A DNA stretch of 63,655 nucleotides, counting the filler, from Collodictyon triciliatum (lineage: Eukaryota), in assembly GCA_043381765.1 (NCBI GenBank). It is 6 parts of 6 records of this genome, joined end to end, with 100 filler letters (N's around TTAATTAATTAA, not from the genome) between each part and the next. Parts side by side here need not be neighbours in the genome. Positions count along the whole stretch, not along the records: positions 42,779 to 55,266 come from JBHJMP010002157.1; positions 55,367 to 59,306 come from JBHJMP010002180.1; positions 59,407 to 63,655 come from JBHJMP010002204.1; 3 more parts are not named here. One strand, 5' to 3'. Shown one piece after another: positions 48,401 to 61,811 of the stretch. The notes beneath the pieces are model-generated. The model saw nothing but the letters and a program-made list of their open reading frames with translations, ran no database searches and was not told the DNA's origin. How positions within the stretch are numbered: position 1 is the first letter of the stretch; each line of letters begins with the position of its first letter. The translations under genes were made by a program, and so were the position numbers.

Positions 48401-50443
48401 ATAACCTGTTGGACGCTCAGCCGATACATCTCGTGGGTCGCCCAACCTGAAGTCTTGCCAAGGTTCTTTCAGCCTCTCGCAACGGTACAATTTCGCCATG
48501 AAGCCGCGCGTCCTTACACGCCTAAATCTTCAAAATAGGAGAATATGATTATTCCACTCTTAAATTGACCAAAAGTATGAAAATCCACACCATAACTACC
48601 ATCTCGTCCGCCGACAATGAAAATAGGGCCTGCTGGAGCGTATTCTTGACACGAATAAGCGCGTGCAAGAGGCCGCCTGCTCTGCATTCTCTGTCTTTGC
48701 AGAGGAGTGCAGTGATAAGCTTGTTCCATTCCTGGAGCCCATCATCACCCAGCTTGCTACTGCGTTCCAAAAGTATCAAGTGAGTATCTTATTCCAGTTC
48801 AAGCCGCACGCAGTATAGCTTATTGGTGGATGCGGACTGTCGTTCCCAACATTCTTCCTTTTTTTTTTTTTTTGGTTTATTAAAAAAATGGGCCATATAC
48901 CCCCCACATAATTAATTCCTGTTTCTCTTTTTTTTTCTCAGGCCAAGAACATGCTTATTCTCTACGATACGTTGTGTACTCTGGCAGAGAATGTTGGTTC
49001 CGAGATGAATCGCCCTTCCATAATCGACACAATCATGCCCCCGCTTGAGAAGCGCTGGGGTGAATTGACTAATGACAGCAAGGTAATTCATTCTCTTTTA
49101 TGAATCCCCTTATGTTCTGCATTTGCACTATCTCTTTCTTTTTTCTTTTGTGACACACCTGAATCGTGTCTCCGCTACATATTCGCTCTCTTTCCAACAG
49201 TGGATGTGTATTGGTTTTGTTCATCATTTTATGAAACTAATTCATTCTCATCGAATAGGACCTCGTTCCATTACTGGAATGTATGGGAAGCTTAGCGCAT
49301 TCCATTGGCCCAGGCTTCGAGAAGTTTGCCCCTCGCACCTATTCCCGCTGCCTCAAAATTATCCAAGAGAATCAAACAACTGCCGCGGTAGGATTGACAT
49401 TTTTATTTCTAATACACGAATGGCCCTCTCTAAATCTTCTGAGATTTTACTTCTGCGACAGACCCATAATTGTAGTCGGAAAAAGAAGATACCTACAGCA
49501 TGTCCTAATTATAGTATTATCATATCTTGGCATCCATAAACTCCCAGATTGAATACGAGTCATCCCAGACCGTGGGTATCGAGAAGGATATCATCGTCAC
49601 GGCGATTGACCTCATCAGCAGCCTCATAGAGGGAATGAAAGGCTCTATGGAGTCGCTCATCGGCGGCAGCAACATATTCCACCTTCTCTTCGATGCCATG
49701 ACTGTAATACCTATACTACTTATATTATGCAGCCTCTTAAAACTATGTCCCTTTTTTTAAACGTTATCTGAACCGGAATCACATACATATCTCAGGACGA
49801 CACCAGCCCCGACTGTCGCCAAAGCGCCTTTGCCCTCATCGGCGACCTTGCCCGCTATGCATTCCCTCATCTGCGGAATTACCTGCATCAGTATTTTCCT
49901 GTGATGCTGCAAAACATGGAGCACACCCAACACATTGCGGTGTGCAATAACGCTATCTGGGCGTCCGGGGAGATTGCAGTTGTGCTGGGCGAGGGTATGG
50001 CTCCAGTGGTTCCAGCCATCATGAACAAGATTGTGCCCCTCTACCAAACCCCGAACGTCTCGCGCCATCTAGTAGAGAACGTCTCCATCACCATCGGCCG
50101 CTTTGGACTGGCCGCGCCTCAAGTGATTTCACCCCATCTACCACACTTCTTTGGCAATTGGTGCAGTTCTATCCGTAGCGTCATGGACGACCGCGAAAAG
50201 AGCCAGGCTGTGCGTGGGATGCTGGAAATGATTTCCTTGAACCCTGGTGTCATAGTGCCGCACTTTGTCTCCTTCTGCGATGTGATTCTCGGCTGGTCAA
50301 CCGTCCCCGTGGAGATTAACCAGATAGTTGCTTCACTCTTCGCTCGGTTCCGCGCGTCGTTCTCTGACCCTGACTGGATGTCGTTCTCGACAAATATCCC
50401 CCAGGGTGTGCGAGAGCTCCTCGCGCAGCGCTTCAACATCTAA
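45500..50443 (+). CDS. TNPO1: Transportin-1 (importin beta-2/Kap104), multi-exon
   Basis: [29 protein letters not shown], the acidic H8 loop ([14 protein letters not shown]...[19 protein letters not shown]), [47 protein letters not shown] and [13 protein letters not shown]. Confidence 0.96.
45635..46180. repeat. (AAAAAAAGAAAC)n-type A-rich repeat filling transportin intron 1
   Basis: Direct reading. Confidence 0.95.
47023..47050 (+). mobile_element. LINE 3'-tip micro-insertion with a 13-bp TSD, in a transportin intron
   Basis: CTTTGAATCGAATAAAGGAAAAAA flanked by TATCTTTTCTCGT at 47010-47022 and 47051-47063. Confidence 0.85.
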
Positions 50444-51444
50444 TTCGGTAAGTTTTGTGGATGGCTGGATGATGGCTCCTTGCCTAAACTCTTTACTTTT
50501 CTTCCTTTATTTCTCTCCACAATTTATTTTACTTAGAGAAGAGTGGAAGCGTCTTGCATACTTGACCCAAGGAAACTCAAAAAATTAGCCATTACCTTTA
50601 ACTTTGATTTGCTGACTAATGCTTGATGATTTTTCCAGGGTAATCTAGTGGAGTCACTGCGTGATGGCACCAGTGCGAAAAGAACATATAATCCCTCGAG
50701 AACCATGCTAGTCTCCTGCACCCTCGTCCATTCTTCTAAATCCACCATCTATAAGCAAGCATATATGGGCACTTGTCTTTGCCATCTGCTCCTCCTACTT
50801 TGTGTGTGTATGTGTGTGACCTCGCTTTCCCGTCCTCGTCGATGCGTGCCCAAAACGCTCCATTCCTCTCTCTAATATGAACCCATGTCATGCCCCTCCG
50901 ACAGCAGAGTGCATTTGCCATCGCTCGGCTCTGCTGAGGGATGACCCGTGTCGACCAAGCCTTTCTTTTTTTTTCTTTTACTTTATGTGTGATTTTGTGA
51001 TGTGTATGCCTTCATCTCCTCTCTTTGCCTGTCCCCAATTCGGCCCATAAAAACAAAAATAATATGACAACAGAACACAGAAACGAAGCCAGCCCGCTGT
51101 TTTAGATGCCCTGTGAGGCGGGTGAGCGCTTGAGTTTTTGTAACTTGCAGGCAATCAAAGCCTTTGCTTTCATTCTCTCCATACCTCACTAGTTGTATTG
51201 GATATACACACAAAGATAAGACTAGGATTCTCTGCAACAAAAGAGGAATCCGCGTGATTGGCTCGCCATCGCTCATGGTTTCTCAATGCCCACCCATTCT
51301 TTTTTTTTTTTTTTTTTGGTTTGCTTTTAGTCATGTCTTTCACCACCACCCTGGTGGCCTCTTCGATTACACAGAAAAGATTTGGGATAAGGGTGTGGGT
51401 AATAAGCGAAAAGAGACAGAGCTCTGCTGGAATCCCTGCGGTTA

Positions 51445-54291
51445 TTATTGGGACGTCACTTTGTGGATCGAATGTGCCAAATGGTCGATGTTCTTTGAGT
51501 TGACACCAGTGAGACTGATGCGCCCGTCCTTGGTCATGTAAATGTGGTACTCCTTGGCCAGGATGGCAACCTACGAATAAGATAGTCAGACAATGATGGC
51601 TGCAAGGTATAACTCTTGAAGGAAGCCAAAAAAAAAAGAAAAAAAAAGAGACATATGCTTGATTTATTTTTGCTTCAAGGGGGCTGAGAAAACCTGCTCT
51701 GTTGTCAAACCGCTGAAGCAAAACATGCCAATCTGCTCGGTGATGTGGCTCCAATCGCGTTTGGAGCCAGCCTCCTTCAGCTTGTTTCGGAGGTCTTGAC
51801 GGACTTGTATGATGCGCTCAGCCATGGTTTTCACATCCTGCAACCTGGTGAGAGTGCGTCATACATTATACATATTGACCCGATTTTACAAATTAAGAAA
51901 TCTCTTTATCTACTTCGTTTCACACTCCTGCTTGCCTCAAGATTATGTAAGAATTGATTGTGATACAATACCAACCATTGCAACTTCAGTTCTGGGTCAT
52001 TCAGAATTAAGCTGACAACACGAGCTCCATGCAAAGGCGGGTTGGAGTACATGGGGCGAATGACAGTGCGCAGTTGGGTATCGACATTCACTGCTTGCTG
52101 CTGGGAGCCAGTCACAACGCTGAAGGTTCCAGCGCGTTCACCTGGCATTTAGAGTAGATGATCGATTCTTAGGGTGTTTTTTCTTTCTTTCTCAGTTTGT
52201 AAGTACAATCCATTAGTCAACAATATGCGTGATTATCGATTACGGCTGCACAATAAAATCGCAATGCTCCATGAAATGAAAATTGTACCATACAAGCCAA
52301 AATTCTTTGCAAACGATTGTGCCAAAACAACAGGCATGTTGTGCTCGACGAACAAACGAATCGCCTGATCAATCAATATTTTCATCATTTTGATAAACGG
52401 ACACTTAAGGTTAATTTTCATGATTTGGTCATCTCTTAGAAAAGAAAGATAAATAGCAGGTGAGATGTTACTTTGGCGTCTTGGTCTGGGTCGCCACTGG
52501 CAAATCCTTGATATGCACTATCAAAGAAGCAAACATGCTCGCCGCTCTACATGAAAGAAACATTTATCAATATCATATATTCATCGGATATAGCTCACGA
52601 GATCGATAAAATAGGATATATACCTTCAAAGCGTGCATGATGGTTGTCCATTCTTGTTGATTCTGTTTGGATGAAAAGAAGAAATAGTGATATTAACACA
52701 GAGATTGGATAGATTAGAGCCTCGAAACACATGCCTATTCACTGGGAGCATGGGCAATGCATACCAAATCAACACCAGTTGGGTTGTGTGCACAGGCATG
52801 GAGAAGGAAGACAGAGCGTGCCGGGGCGCTCTATATATGGCGTGTAGAATCGCAATGATAAACTTCATCACAAACGCTATAGATACAACTACGACTCTTT
52901 CGAGGCGATAGATAAAAAAAAAAAAAAAGAAAGGATTTTTGCTCTGAATGGGATGGGGCAAAGAGCAGTGGAGCAAACCTTAATATCGGAAAGGAATCCA
53001 TCCATGTTGACTTTCCCCGTGCGTGGGTCATAATAATGATAGTAGTTTACATCAAAACCAGAATGCTGGAAGATGTTTACATGGTTGGGCCAAGTCGGGT
53101 TTGGAATAAAGACTTTTCTATGTACAAAAGCATCTTTATAGATTCCATGAAGCTATCGAAAATAGAAAGGGACATCATAAAGATGATAGGGTAATCTAAT
53201 TTGAAATGAAATAAAAAGCTGTGTGCTATTATGTGGCTCACCCTGATTTATCCTTCATAAAGCGAGAGAGGAATATTGCGCCGACTCGCAAGGCCCCTGT
53301 TCCGGACAAGGACTGAACGACAGCAACCTACCGAAATAAAGAAAATAAAACAGCTTTCTTAAAGCTCAATGTTTACAGACCCTCTTCAGAAGATTGGGTC
53401 ATTTTCATGATGTGTGATGCATGATGCATGATGGATATTGAGCTGTGAATCAGTACTCTGTTTTCCTTAATGCATGCGCTGCCATCTCCGTAAGAGAGCT
53501 TTGCAGCTGCCTTTGTGAACGAAGCAATTCCACTAATCGGCGCATATTCATGGTCAACTTCAGATTGAAAAAGTCTTTTTTCGGCCTTTTTTTTTAATTT
53601 AAAAATATTAATATTTTTTTGGCTTCTTTGTGCAAGGAAAAGTGAGGGTCTATTGGGTGTACACAATATTTGCTTGGAGAGAAAGATTGTCATTGATAAG
53701 GCAAGAAGGCAGATTATTTTGAATGTATACAGCAGGCCAAAAACCTCTCTAACAGAAGGAAGAACCCATGGCTTTCCTCTATCATCCCGATAGGCGCCGA
53801 CCCCCAAATTGATTTTCAAGGGGCTTTGGTCGTTATTGAATGCATTCTGGGAGATTTTGCAAGGGTGCAAAAGCGGTCCGTTTTTATGTTGGTTTTGTTC
53901 ATACAGAAAACAAATAACATACTCACTCAAAATAAATGAACAAGCATGAAAAGAAGTCATATTCATCATAGTATCTTAAAACGCACGGTGATTCCAAATA
54001 TCGCATCCTCTGGGGCTTTCTAAAAGTTTGAGTCAATCCTAGCGTTAGGAAATACTATCTTGCTTTTCCTCTTCTTCATATGGTAGTATTGTGGACTTTG
54101 CTTGCAAGTATTTTTGTTTTTATATGGCTTTTTTCCTTTTTTTTTTTCTTCATCTTTGGTGCATATTCTCGTCTTATCATTCGACAAGCATAAAGAGTGC
54201 GGGAAACCTCGATGTGTGACCAATAAAACGCGACAGGAGCCAACAGTCGGCCGCGAATGGCAGCCACAGGTTTCTGAAGCGACGCAAGCAT
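51445..54291 (-). CDS. GOT2: Aspartate aminotransferase, mitochondrial type, multi-exon
   Basis: Presequence-like N-terminus, [70 protein letters not shown] (PLP lysine), [21 protein letters not shown] and TKDGRISL. Confidence 0.96.
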
Positions 54292-54829
54292 ATGTGCTTC
54301 TTTGTTTTCTATAGTTCATGGTGCTTTAGGAGTGCGACCACATGTATTTCATCGCGCGATATATTCCGACTTCAGTGCGAGTCACACGCTTTCACGTGCT
54401 GCGGGCTGCGAGCTTTCGGCAGGGGGCGAATAACAGGAAGAGATCAAATGAAAAATAAAATGAAAAAGTGAGGAAAAAGAAGAGTTGAGAGTGCGGAGGG
54501 GAAATGGCTGGGACACGAAGGGCTCTAAAAAGTGACGTTTGAAAACTCAGCCCCATTCAATATCAGATGCTTGTGGGTATCAATGTTGACAAGTCATATT
54601 TGGACATTATAATCAAATTCCACTTTCTCACCCAAACACATTCACCACACTTCTCCCGCTGTCAAGAAAGAACGTAGGTTGCGCAAGAAGGCAATACATT
54701 AAGAAACGGTAGATGTTTTTCAGTATTTTATCTAAAAATACACCACTGGCATTGCTTCAAACGAGCACTGTTTGTTGAAGCAGAAGGAACACTGCAGCAA
54801 TCGTAGGAAGCCTGCGCAAGCCACGCTCT

Positions 54830-55150
54830 TCAGAGAACACCCCATTTTACATAGCCGCGTGCTCCTGTCACCCAGCGGACCGAAGGGACTGCCCAGGACA
54901 TCGTTTCGAATCTCTTTTCCCTTCTCTCTTGAATCTCTCGCAACTCGTCGGACTGGGTGATTCCTCCAGCAACCAAACGGCCTCCATAATGGTAAAACTC
55001 GGAAGCGACCAAAGATACAGAAGAGCATCCAGAAATGACCTGCCTTAGAAGGAATTCTGTTGGTTATGAAAGGGCAGACTACTATTGCCGGCCTTGAAAG
55101 TTGAGTTTATTTGGAATATCAAGTCGGATTACAGGTCCATCACGTGCATT
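54830..55150 (-). CDS. Possible last exon(s) of an unidentified gene cut by the contig end
   Basis: AG-bounded GC-richer frame VISGCSSVSLVASEFYHYGGRLVAGG...YVKWGVL*. No homology recognised. Confidence 0.25.
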
Positions 55151-55477
55151 TCTGGCTTTATGATGACAAAACTCAAAAAGAAAAAAAAGAAAAAAAAGAA
55201 AAAGAAAAAGAAAAAGAAAAAGAAAAAGAAAAAGAAAAAGAAAAAGAAAAAGAAAAAGAAAAAGAANNNNNNNNNNNNNNNNNNNNNNNNNNNNNNNNNN
55301 NNNNNNNNNNTTAATTAATTAANNNNNNNNNNNNNNNNNNNNNNNNNNNNNNNNNNNNNNNNNNNNTGTATGTATGTATGTATGTATGTATGTATGTATG
55401 TATGTATGTATGTATGTATGTATGTATGTATGTATGTATGTATGTATGTATGTATGTATGTGAGGATTCTAAAAAGC

Positions 55478-55534
<57 letters not shown>

Positions 55535-55540
55535 GCAAAC

Positions 55541-57475
55541 CAGAAGACTCGATGTTCTGCATGACATAGTGGAAGGCGTCCTGGCTGCTGCTTGGGCGGT
55601 CGCTGTCGGTGTAGTCTGAGATTTTGTCCATGTTGTCGCGGATGTGCTCGGGAAGCAGCGTCTTGTTGAGCGGGAATGACACACCCTTTGTGCGCTGCAG
55701 AAGCAAGAAGTAACGAGGGACAAGGGGAGTGAGTTCAAGAAAGGGCCATGTGAACGTCAAAGTCATGTAGATGAGCAAGAGCGTTTCAGGAAATATAAAT
55801 GGGAAAGAAAAAAGGATTTGAAGAAATGCAGATACCTCGTAGCGAAGACGAGAAACCCAGCCAGCACCAACCTAAACAAGTTAAGGAGGAAAGGCGATGG
55901 ATACAGTCAGTTCAGTCTTATGGCATGGTCTGTAATGAGGTTGGTGAAATAAGATAAAGAAGGGTATTTTCTTTGAAAAAGAAAAAAGGAAAAGAGAAAA
56001 GAGAAAAAGAGAAAGAGTTCAAATAGATTAGATGAAGTCGTGCCTCAAAGAGCCCGCTGTTGACGGTGCTGCTTTCGTGGACAAGATAAGCGACCAAGGG
56101 CACGACAAACTCGGGCTTGAGAGCATCGAGCAGATCGGGAGGCATCACTGTGGCTGTCATGCGGGAGCCAGCGATGGGTGCAATTGTGTTTGTGAAGATG
56201 TTCTTTTTGGCACCCTCCATAGAAAGCTAAACCATTGATAGTCATCGGTATTTGTGGCGATGGGTATTGATACATTTTCGATTTCGTTTATGCACAAGGG
56301 ATTTAAAAAATTCAAAGATTGATGGCTTTTGATCCAGTTATTGAATAAATGAGTCGTATGAAATCATTTAAGATAAGGATATTATCATAATCTGTTCAGA
56401 AGCAAAAGAAGCAAAAGAAGCAAAAGATAATCTTCACATCATATGTTGCTTTAAGAGGATAATTAAGGTATTCAAATAAATTAATAGATAATAGAAAGCT
56501 ATTAATATCAACGGAAATATAATGAGAATGAGTACGATGACAAGTAAACTATAATGGTTAAAAGATGATGAAACGAAAAATCTGAAACCCGGGGAAGATC
56601 GATATAAAAGTACACTGTTGGAGAATCCCAGGAGAGCAAGCTTGGCCGAGCCGTAATTTGTCTGCCCGTGTTGTCCGTAGAGGCCGTTGGCAGAGGTGGT
56701 GTTGATGATGCGACCATAGTTTTGCTTGAGCATGTGAGGCCACGCTGCTTTGGTGACCTTTGTGCAGACAGGCAGATAAGCGGGTACGCGCATATACATC
56801 TATAATCAAATGAACGCAGGAGTTAAGCATATCATGCAAACCTTGTAGGCGCCCCAGACGTGGACTTTGTAGATGATTGCCCAGTCTTCGTCCTTCATCT
56901 TGGCAAACGAAACATCACGCAGAATGCCGGCGTTGTTGATCACAATATCGACGCGGCCGTATGTGTCGATGGCGGTTTGGATGATCTTGTCTCCAAACTC
57001 TACGCTGTCGAAGTTTGCCACAGCCTCTCCGCCTGCATTTGTGGGTCCGATCAGCCAGGGTGTTCTGAACATAAGAAAAAAGGAAAGAAAAGCAAAGAAA
57101 GAAAAGAAAGAAAAGAAAGAAAAGAAAAACGAAAAAATATGAAAATGAAAAAGAAAATAAAAAACAAAAGGAAAAAGAAAAAGGAAGAAGAAAAGAAAAA
57201 GAAACGAAAAGGAAGAAAAGAAGAGAAGGTCTCTTCAGTTGTTATTGTTATTATTGTTTCTTGCACAGCTGATTCAGACCGTTCTTTTTGATCTCATCGA
57301 CAACCACTTGCGCCGGGCCTTTGTCTGCGCCCTGACCGGAGGTCGAACCGCCCAAGTCGTTCACCACAACCTTTGCGCCACGAGACGCAAGGAAAAGCGC
57401 ATAAGCACGGCCGAGTCCGTTGCCGGCTCCGGTCACCACGGCAACGCGTCCGTCGTAGCGAAGTTCTTGGCTCAT
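55541..57475 (-). CDS. HSD17B4: Peroxisomal multifunctional enzyme type 2, N-terminal SDR domain; 3' part cut by contig end
   Basis: [80 protein letters not shown] and GLFEVGAGW. Confidence 0.93.
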
Positions 57476-57923
57476 GTTGGCAGATTTGATTCGGGTCTTG
57501 AGACTGCTTCGAGAACGTATCGCTGTGATTAGAAAGATGGATACTATTGTGCAGCAGACTCGTTTGCTCGTTGGTTGGCCGCTTCCTCCGTTGTCTCTGC
57601 CTCTTGTGCCGGACTCGGCTGTGCGGACAGGGACAGACGCAGCTGATTGGGAAGATTTCCTGTGCGTGGGTTGTTCTTGCGGGCTTTGGCTTTGCCTTCC
57701 GCAAGTGGGGTTGCGCACCGAAGAGGCGGAGGAGTCACAATGTGACGTAGATAGATAGAATAACGCAGAGGAAAGGAATGACATCTTGCTAATCATATCT
57801 ATGCATAGATGATAGGTTTAGAAGCCATTATTTTTTGAATTATAGAGCTAAAGAGGATTTAGTGGTAGTTTACATCAATATACTGTATATTCCAGAAATA
57901 ATATGAAGGGGCTGCTTTTGCTC

Positions 57924-58107
57924 TTTTTTTTGGGGGCTTTTATGATTTCGGGGGTTTGAGCGTACTTTTTATTTGTTACTGCCTGTGTCGCATTCGGTGC
58001 AGCCAGGAGATAATAGATTTTTGCAGAGAGTGAAAGCATGGCTGTGGTGGAATCTATATTGGTTCCCTTTTTCAGGTATCAAGTATGAATCAGATGTGAT
58101 GATTGAC
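57924..58107 (-). repeat. Repeat of about 185 bp, copy 1; poly(A)-tailed on the minus strand
   Basis: Near-identical to 59122-59306. Both copies begin with a T-run followed by GGGGCTTTTATGATTTCGGGGG. Confidence 0.9.
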
Positions 58108-59026
58108 ACGTTGGGATGGCTGGGTGATAATAATTCAAAAGACCTAGGGTTGCCTTTCAGTGGGTTGGAATCTCTCTCTTTTTTTATATAGCAGCCCTTT
58201 GTTTTTTTTCACGCTATCGCGCAACACCTGGGTGTATATTTTAGTTGTTTTTTTCTCTCTGATGTTCTGTTTGGCATATTCAATCACTCAAAATATGGAC
58301 AATATAGTGGTGTAACATTCCGGGTAACGATAAAGTCAGACATAAATATGTCCAATCAGGTATATCGGCATTGTGTATTAGTATTTGACATACGAATCAG
58401 GTATGTCCATACCATAGCTTCTTTTCAACCATAGAAGAATAGCCAAACTTACCCCACTCCGTGAGCTGAGTTGTTTGTGCCACAGAAATTACACTTGAAT
58501 GTTTGTGAAGAGATTTCGTTGATTCCTCCGCAATTATAACAATACTTTATTTTTTTACTCCGGCTTCTCTGACCTAGGCGTGTGATGTAATAGAAGATAG
58601 GCAATAACAATGCGAATTAAAATAACAATTAAAAAACTAATTAAAATACCAACAAAAATACTAACAAAAATACTAACAAAGATACTAACAAAAATACTAA
58701 CAAAAATACCAACAAAAATACTAACTAAATACTAACACAATACCAATAAAAGAACCTGACATAAAAATGTTTGCTAGTTATTACGTATGCTCGGATCAAA
58801 CGGCTTGTATTCATTCTGGATGAGCGACTGAGAAGAGACTCGGGTGGAGGCCGATCGGCTCGGGCTCGACATTGCACCTTTGAGTCTGCGAGTGGTATTT
58901 TGAGTAGTATCATTATTGTTATTATTATTATTATATAAAAAGATAATATGGAGAAAACTTCAGTCCACCAGGGACAACCACAAAATAGGACGCGCATTCA
59001 GTCTCTATGTCAAGTCTTTATCATAG

Positions 59027-59085
<59 letters not shown>

Positions 59086-59121
59086 CCCTTTCTTCCTCCT
59101 TCTTTTTTTTTTTCTTTTTTT

Positions 59122-59306
59122 TTTTTTTTTTGGGGCTTTTATGATTTCGGGGGTTTGAGCGTACTCTTTATTTGTTACTGCCTGTGTCGCATTCGGTGCA
59201 GCCAGGAGATAATAGATTTTTGCAGAGAGTGAAAGCATAGCTGTGGTGGAATCTATATTGGTTCCCTTTTTCAGGTATCAAGTATGAATCGGATGTGGTG
59301 ATTGAC
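59122..59306 (-). repeat. Repeat of about 185 bp, copy 2 (runs into the contig end)
   Basis: Direct repeat of 57924-58107 with a few substitutions. Confidence 0.9.
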
Positions 59307-59406
59307 NNNNNNNNNNNNNNNNNNNNNNNNNNNNNNNNNNNNNNNNNNNNTTAATTAATTAANNNNNNNNNNNNNNNNNNNNNNNNNNNNNNNNNNNNNN
59401 NNNNNN

Positions 59407-59506
<100 letters not shown>

Positions 59507-59576
59507 CGAAAAATATCAAAAAATTTTCCGACCCAATTTTGTGTTTCTTAGCTATAAATTATTATCTCTCATTATG

Positions 59577-59825
59577 TTCTTAATTCGATTAAGTGTAACG
59601 GGGCCAAGCCATACAAGAAGCAAGTTAAGTGCGCGTGGCAGAAAGCAAACGCGGGCAGATGATATTGCTGTGAAAGGGCTACCACTGAAAAGAAAATAGT
59701 GATAACAAATAGGTCTAGTTGGCAAATCACAGGCTGATTGACTGTGTGGGTAACAAAGAATGTGTATTGGACGTTGTATGTCTTGCGAAACCCTTCCATA
59801 TCACTTCGCTTGCAGCCAGCGTAAC
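59577..59825 (-). mobile_element. Old, diverged 3' fragment of the LINE
   Basis: Aligns colinearly with 62990-63243 (GCCATACAA, AGCAAACGCG, TGATTGRCTGTGTGGGTA) and with the reverse complement of 61645-61790. Confidence 0.7.
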
Positions 59826-59899
59826 AAAAATAAATAAATAAAATAATCAGGCCTCTCCAATAAGCTATTCAAAAAGTATTAATATACAAGAGCCTTCCA

Positions 59900-60500
59900 G
59901 CCTGGTAGGATTGATTTTCCGTTTGGTCTGGCCGCGACAACGGATTTGTCATGTTCTTTGTTGTGTGCATACGGAGGATTGTGGGTGGATGTGAGCTTAC
60001 GAGGTTGTAGAGCTGGATAGCGGGTAGGTATTGGTAGTTCATATATGACGTGTTGCCCCAGTAGGAAAGGCTCTTATGTCGTGCTTTGCCCTCTTTATAG
60101 TGATTTTCTCAGATATCTTGATGATGAAAGTCTTCAGATTCCTCGGTTGTGATTTGCGATGGAAGTTCCTTCATTCGCATGAATCGTTGTGATTCACTTT
60201 CTCTTCTAACACGGGCAGGATATGGAACAACAAATGAACTAAAAGATACCGAGTTGTTATGGACATATAGGTCTGTGAGACTAGTCGAACGTGATGTTTC
60301 TGGAGGTAGTGGTGGCAACAGATTTCCGTGATGATTCAATCCTCTCAGACAAATCAACAAGAAAGCAGCAAGAAGCACACATGTCAGATGCTCTGTACTG
60401 GAGTTCGAGGCTCTTGGAGCATTTATAAGCGGCGATGTCGGGTTTCCCAGTGAGTCTTCGGAGCTCCTTCAAAAGCGCAGCCTCATGGGACATCGTGACT
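59900..60500 (-). mobile_element. Possible degenerate LINE ORF1 (RRM-like) fragment
   Basis: Broken frame RFMRMKELPSQITTEE/LKTFIIKISEKITIKRAKHDIRAFPTG resembles L1/Tx1 ORF1 RRM patterns, and it lies among LINE remnants. Confidence 0.3.
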
Positions 60501-61060
60501 GAGGCGGGGCGGAGGTGGTCTGGACGAGTTCTGGGGACAGTGTGGGCAAGTGGACTGGGTTGTATGTTAGTGTGTTGCATAGTGTATATTCGCTTTGTGA
60601 CTGCACTTGACAAATGACACAGGATGAGAGTTGCTCGAGTGAGAGTAGGCAGTTGTGTATTTCGAGAATGGAAAGCACACTGTGTATAGGTGACGAACTT
60701 CGGGTAGCGAGAAAGAAAAAGCAAGGAAGCAGTTATTTTGGCTAGATGAAGCTTAACTATCCCACAAAAGCCAGTGAATCATGTGTCCGAATGACGATGG
60801 CTTACCCATTATAATGTGAGCTCTAACAGCTCCTTCATCCTGCAACAAGTCACATTCCAAAAGGATGGGAGCTTCGTACCGCCGAAAAATGCAACGATAT
60901 TTCACTCCTCGAATGCAACCCAACCACAGCCATCCTGAAAGGCAAAGTAGAATGGCGCTAATGTCGCCCCATCTCATACGGAGCTCCGTCGCCATTTTTC
61001 TTTCGCCTGAAGAACCAAAGGCGGTCCATTACGCCTGATTCTCCGCAATTATCGATGGCC

Positions 61061-61811
61061 ATGACGTACTCCAAGCTGTTTCAATATAAAATCATCAGTT
61101 CGAATCCCTACAAACCGGATAAGATGAGTCGATGGGCCGAAACCATAGGCATTATAGACCCACCAATAGTCAAAAGCTGGAAGTAAGCCCGTATACCTCA
61201 GTTACTCCCGAAACACCGCGCCCTACTTCTCAATATCTCAACCAGAGAGCTGTGGATAGGTGCGCGTGTAGTCCATGCAGCAACGACCTCTCCAGAATGC
61301 ACCATGTGCCATAGCGGAGATGACTCTATCGAACACACATTTGTGAAGTGCTCTCTTGCTCAAAAAGTGACAGAATCTACCCACAAGATGCTCTCTGAGC
61401 TTGATTATGCTCCCAACCAACTCAGCGTGTCTGACATCCTGTTTGGCCTACAATACCAAATGACCCACGACTCTGGAATACTCTGGACAGTCACAAAGGG
61501 GACATATGATGTGGTCCTTATGGAGTGTGCGTGCATTCTCTCGCTCCAATGATTTGCCCGAACGAGAAATCAATGTATCCAGGCTTGAAAGCCTCGTGCA
61601 ATACAGCTTCCTGGACAGCCTGCTGAAACACGCCTGCATTCTCCGCTACTCTGACCGCAAGCGAAGAGAGATGTGGTTATGTGTCGTGCGATATCTCCCA
61701 CAGCATATCCAACCCCTGCTACCCACGCAGCCTATCAACCAGTTGGGGCGCCCACCTGACCAATACGCTATCACTGACTTCTTTCCAGTGCCCCGTAATT
61801 ACCAATCTTAA
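61061..61811 (+). mobile_element. Degenerate L1/Tx1-like non-LTR retrotransposon, ORF2 C-terminus (zf-RVT)
   Basis: SWK*ARIPQLLPKHRALL..RELWIG..CTMCHSGDDSIEHTFVKCSLAQKV..ILFG../MWSLWSVR contains a CCHC zf-RVT motif, with one stop and one frameshift. Confidence 0.85.
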
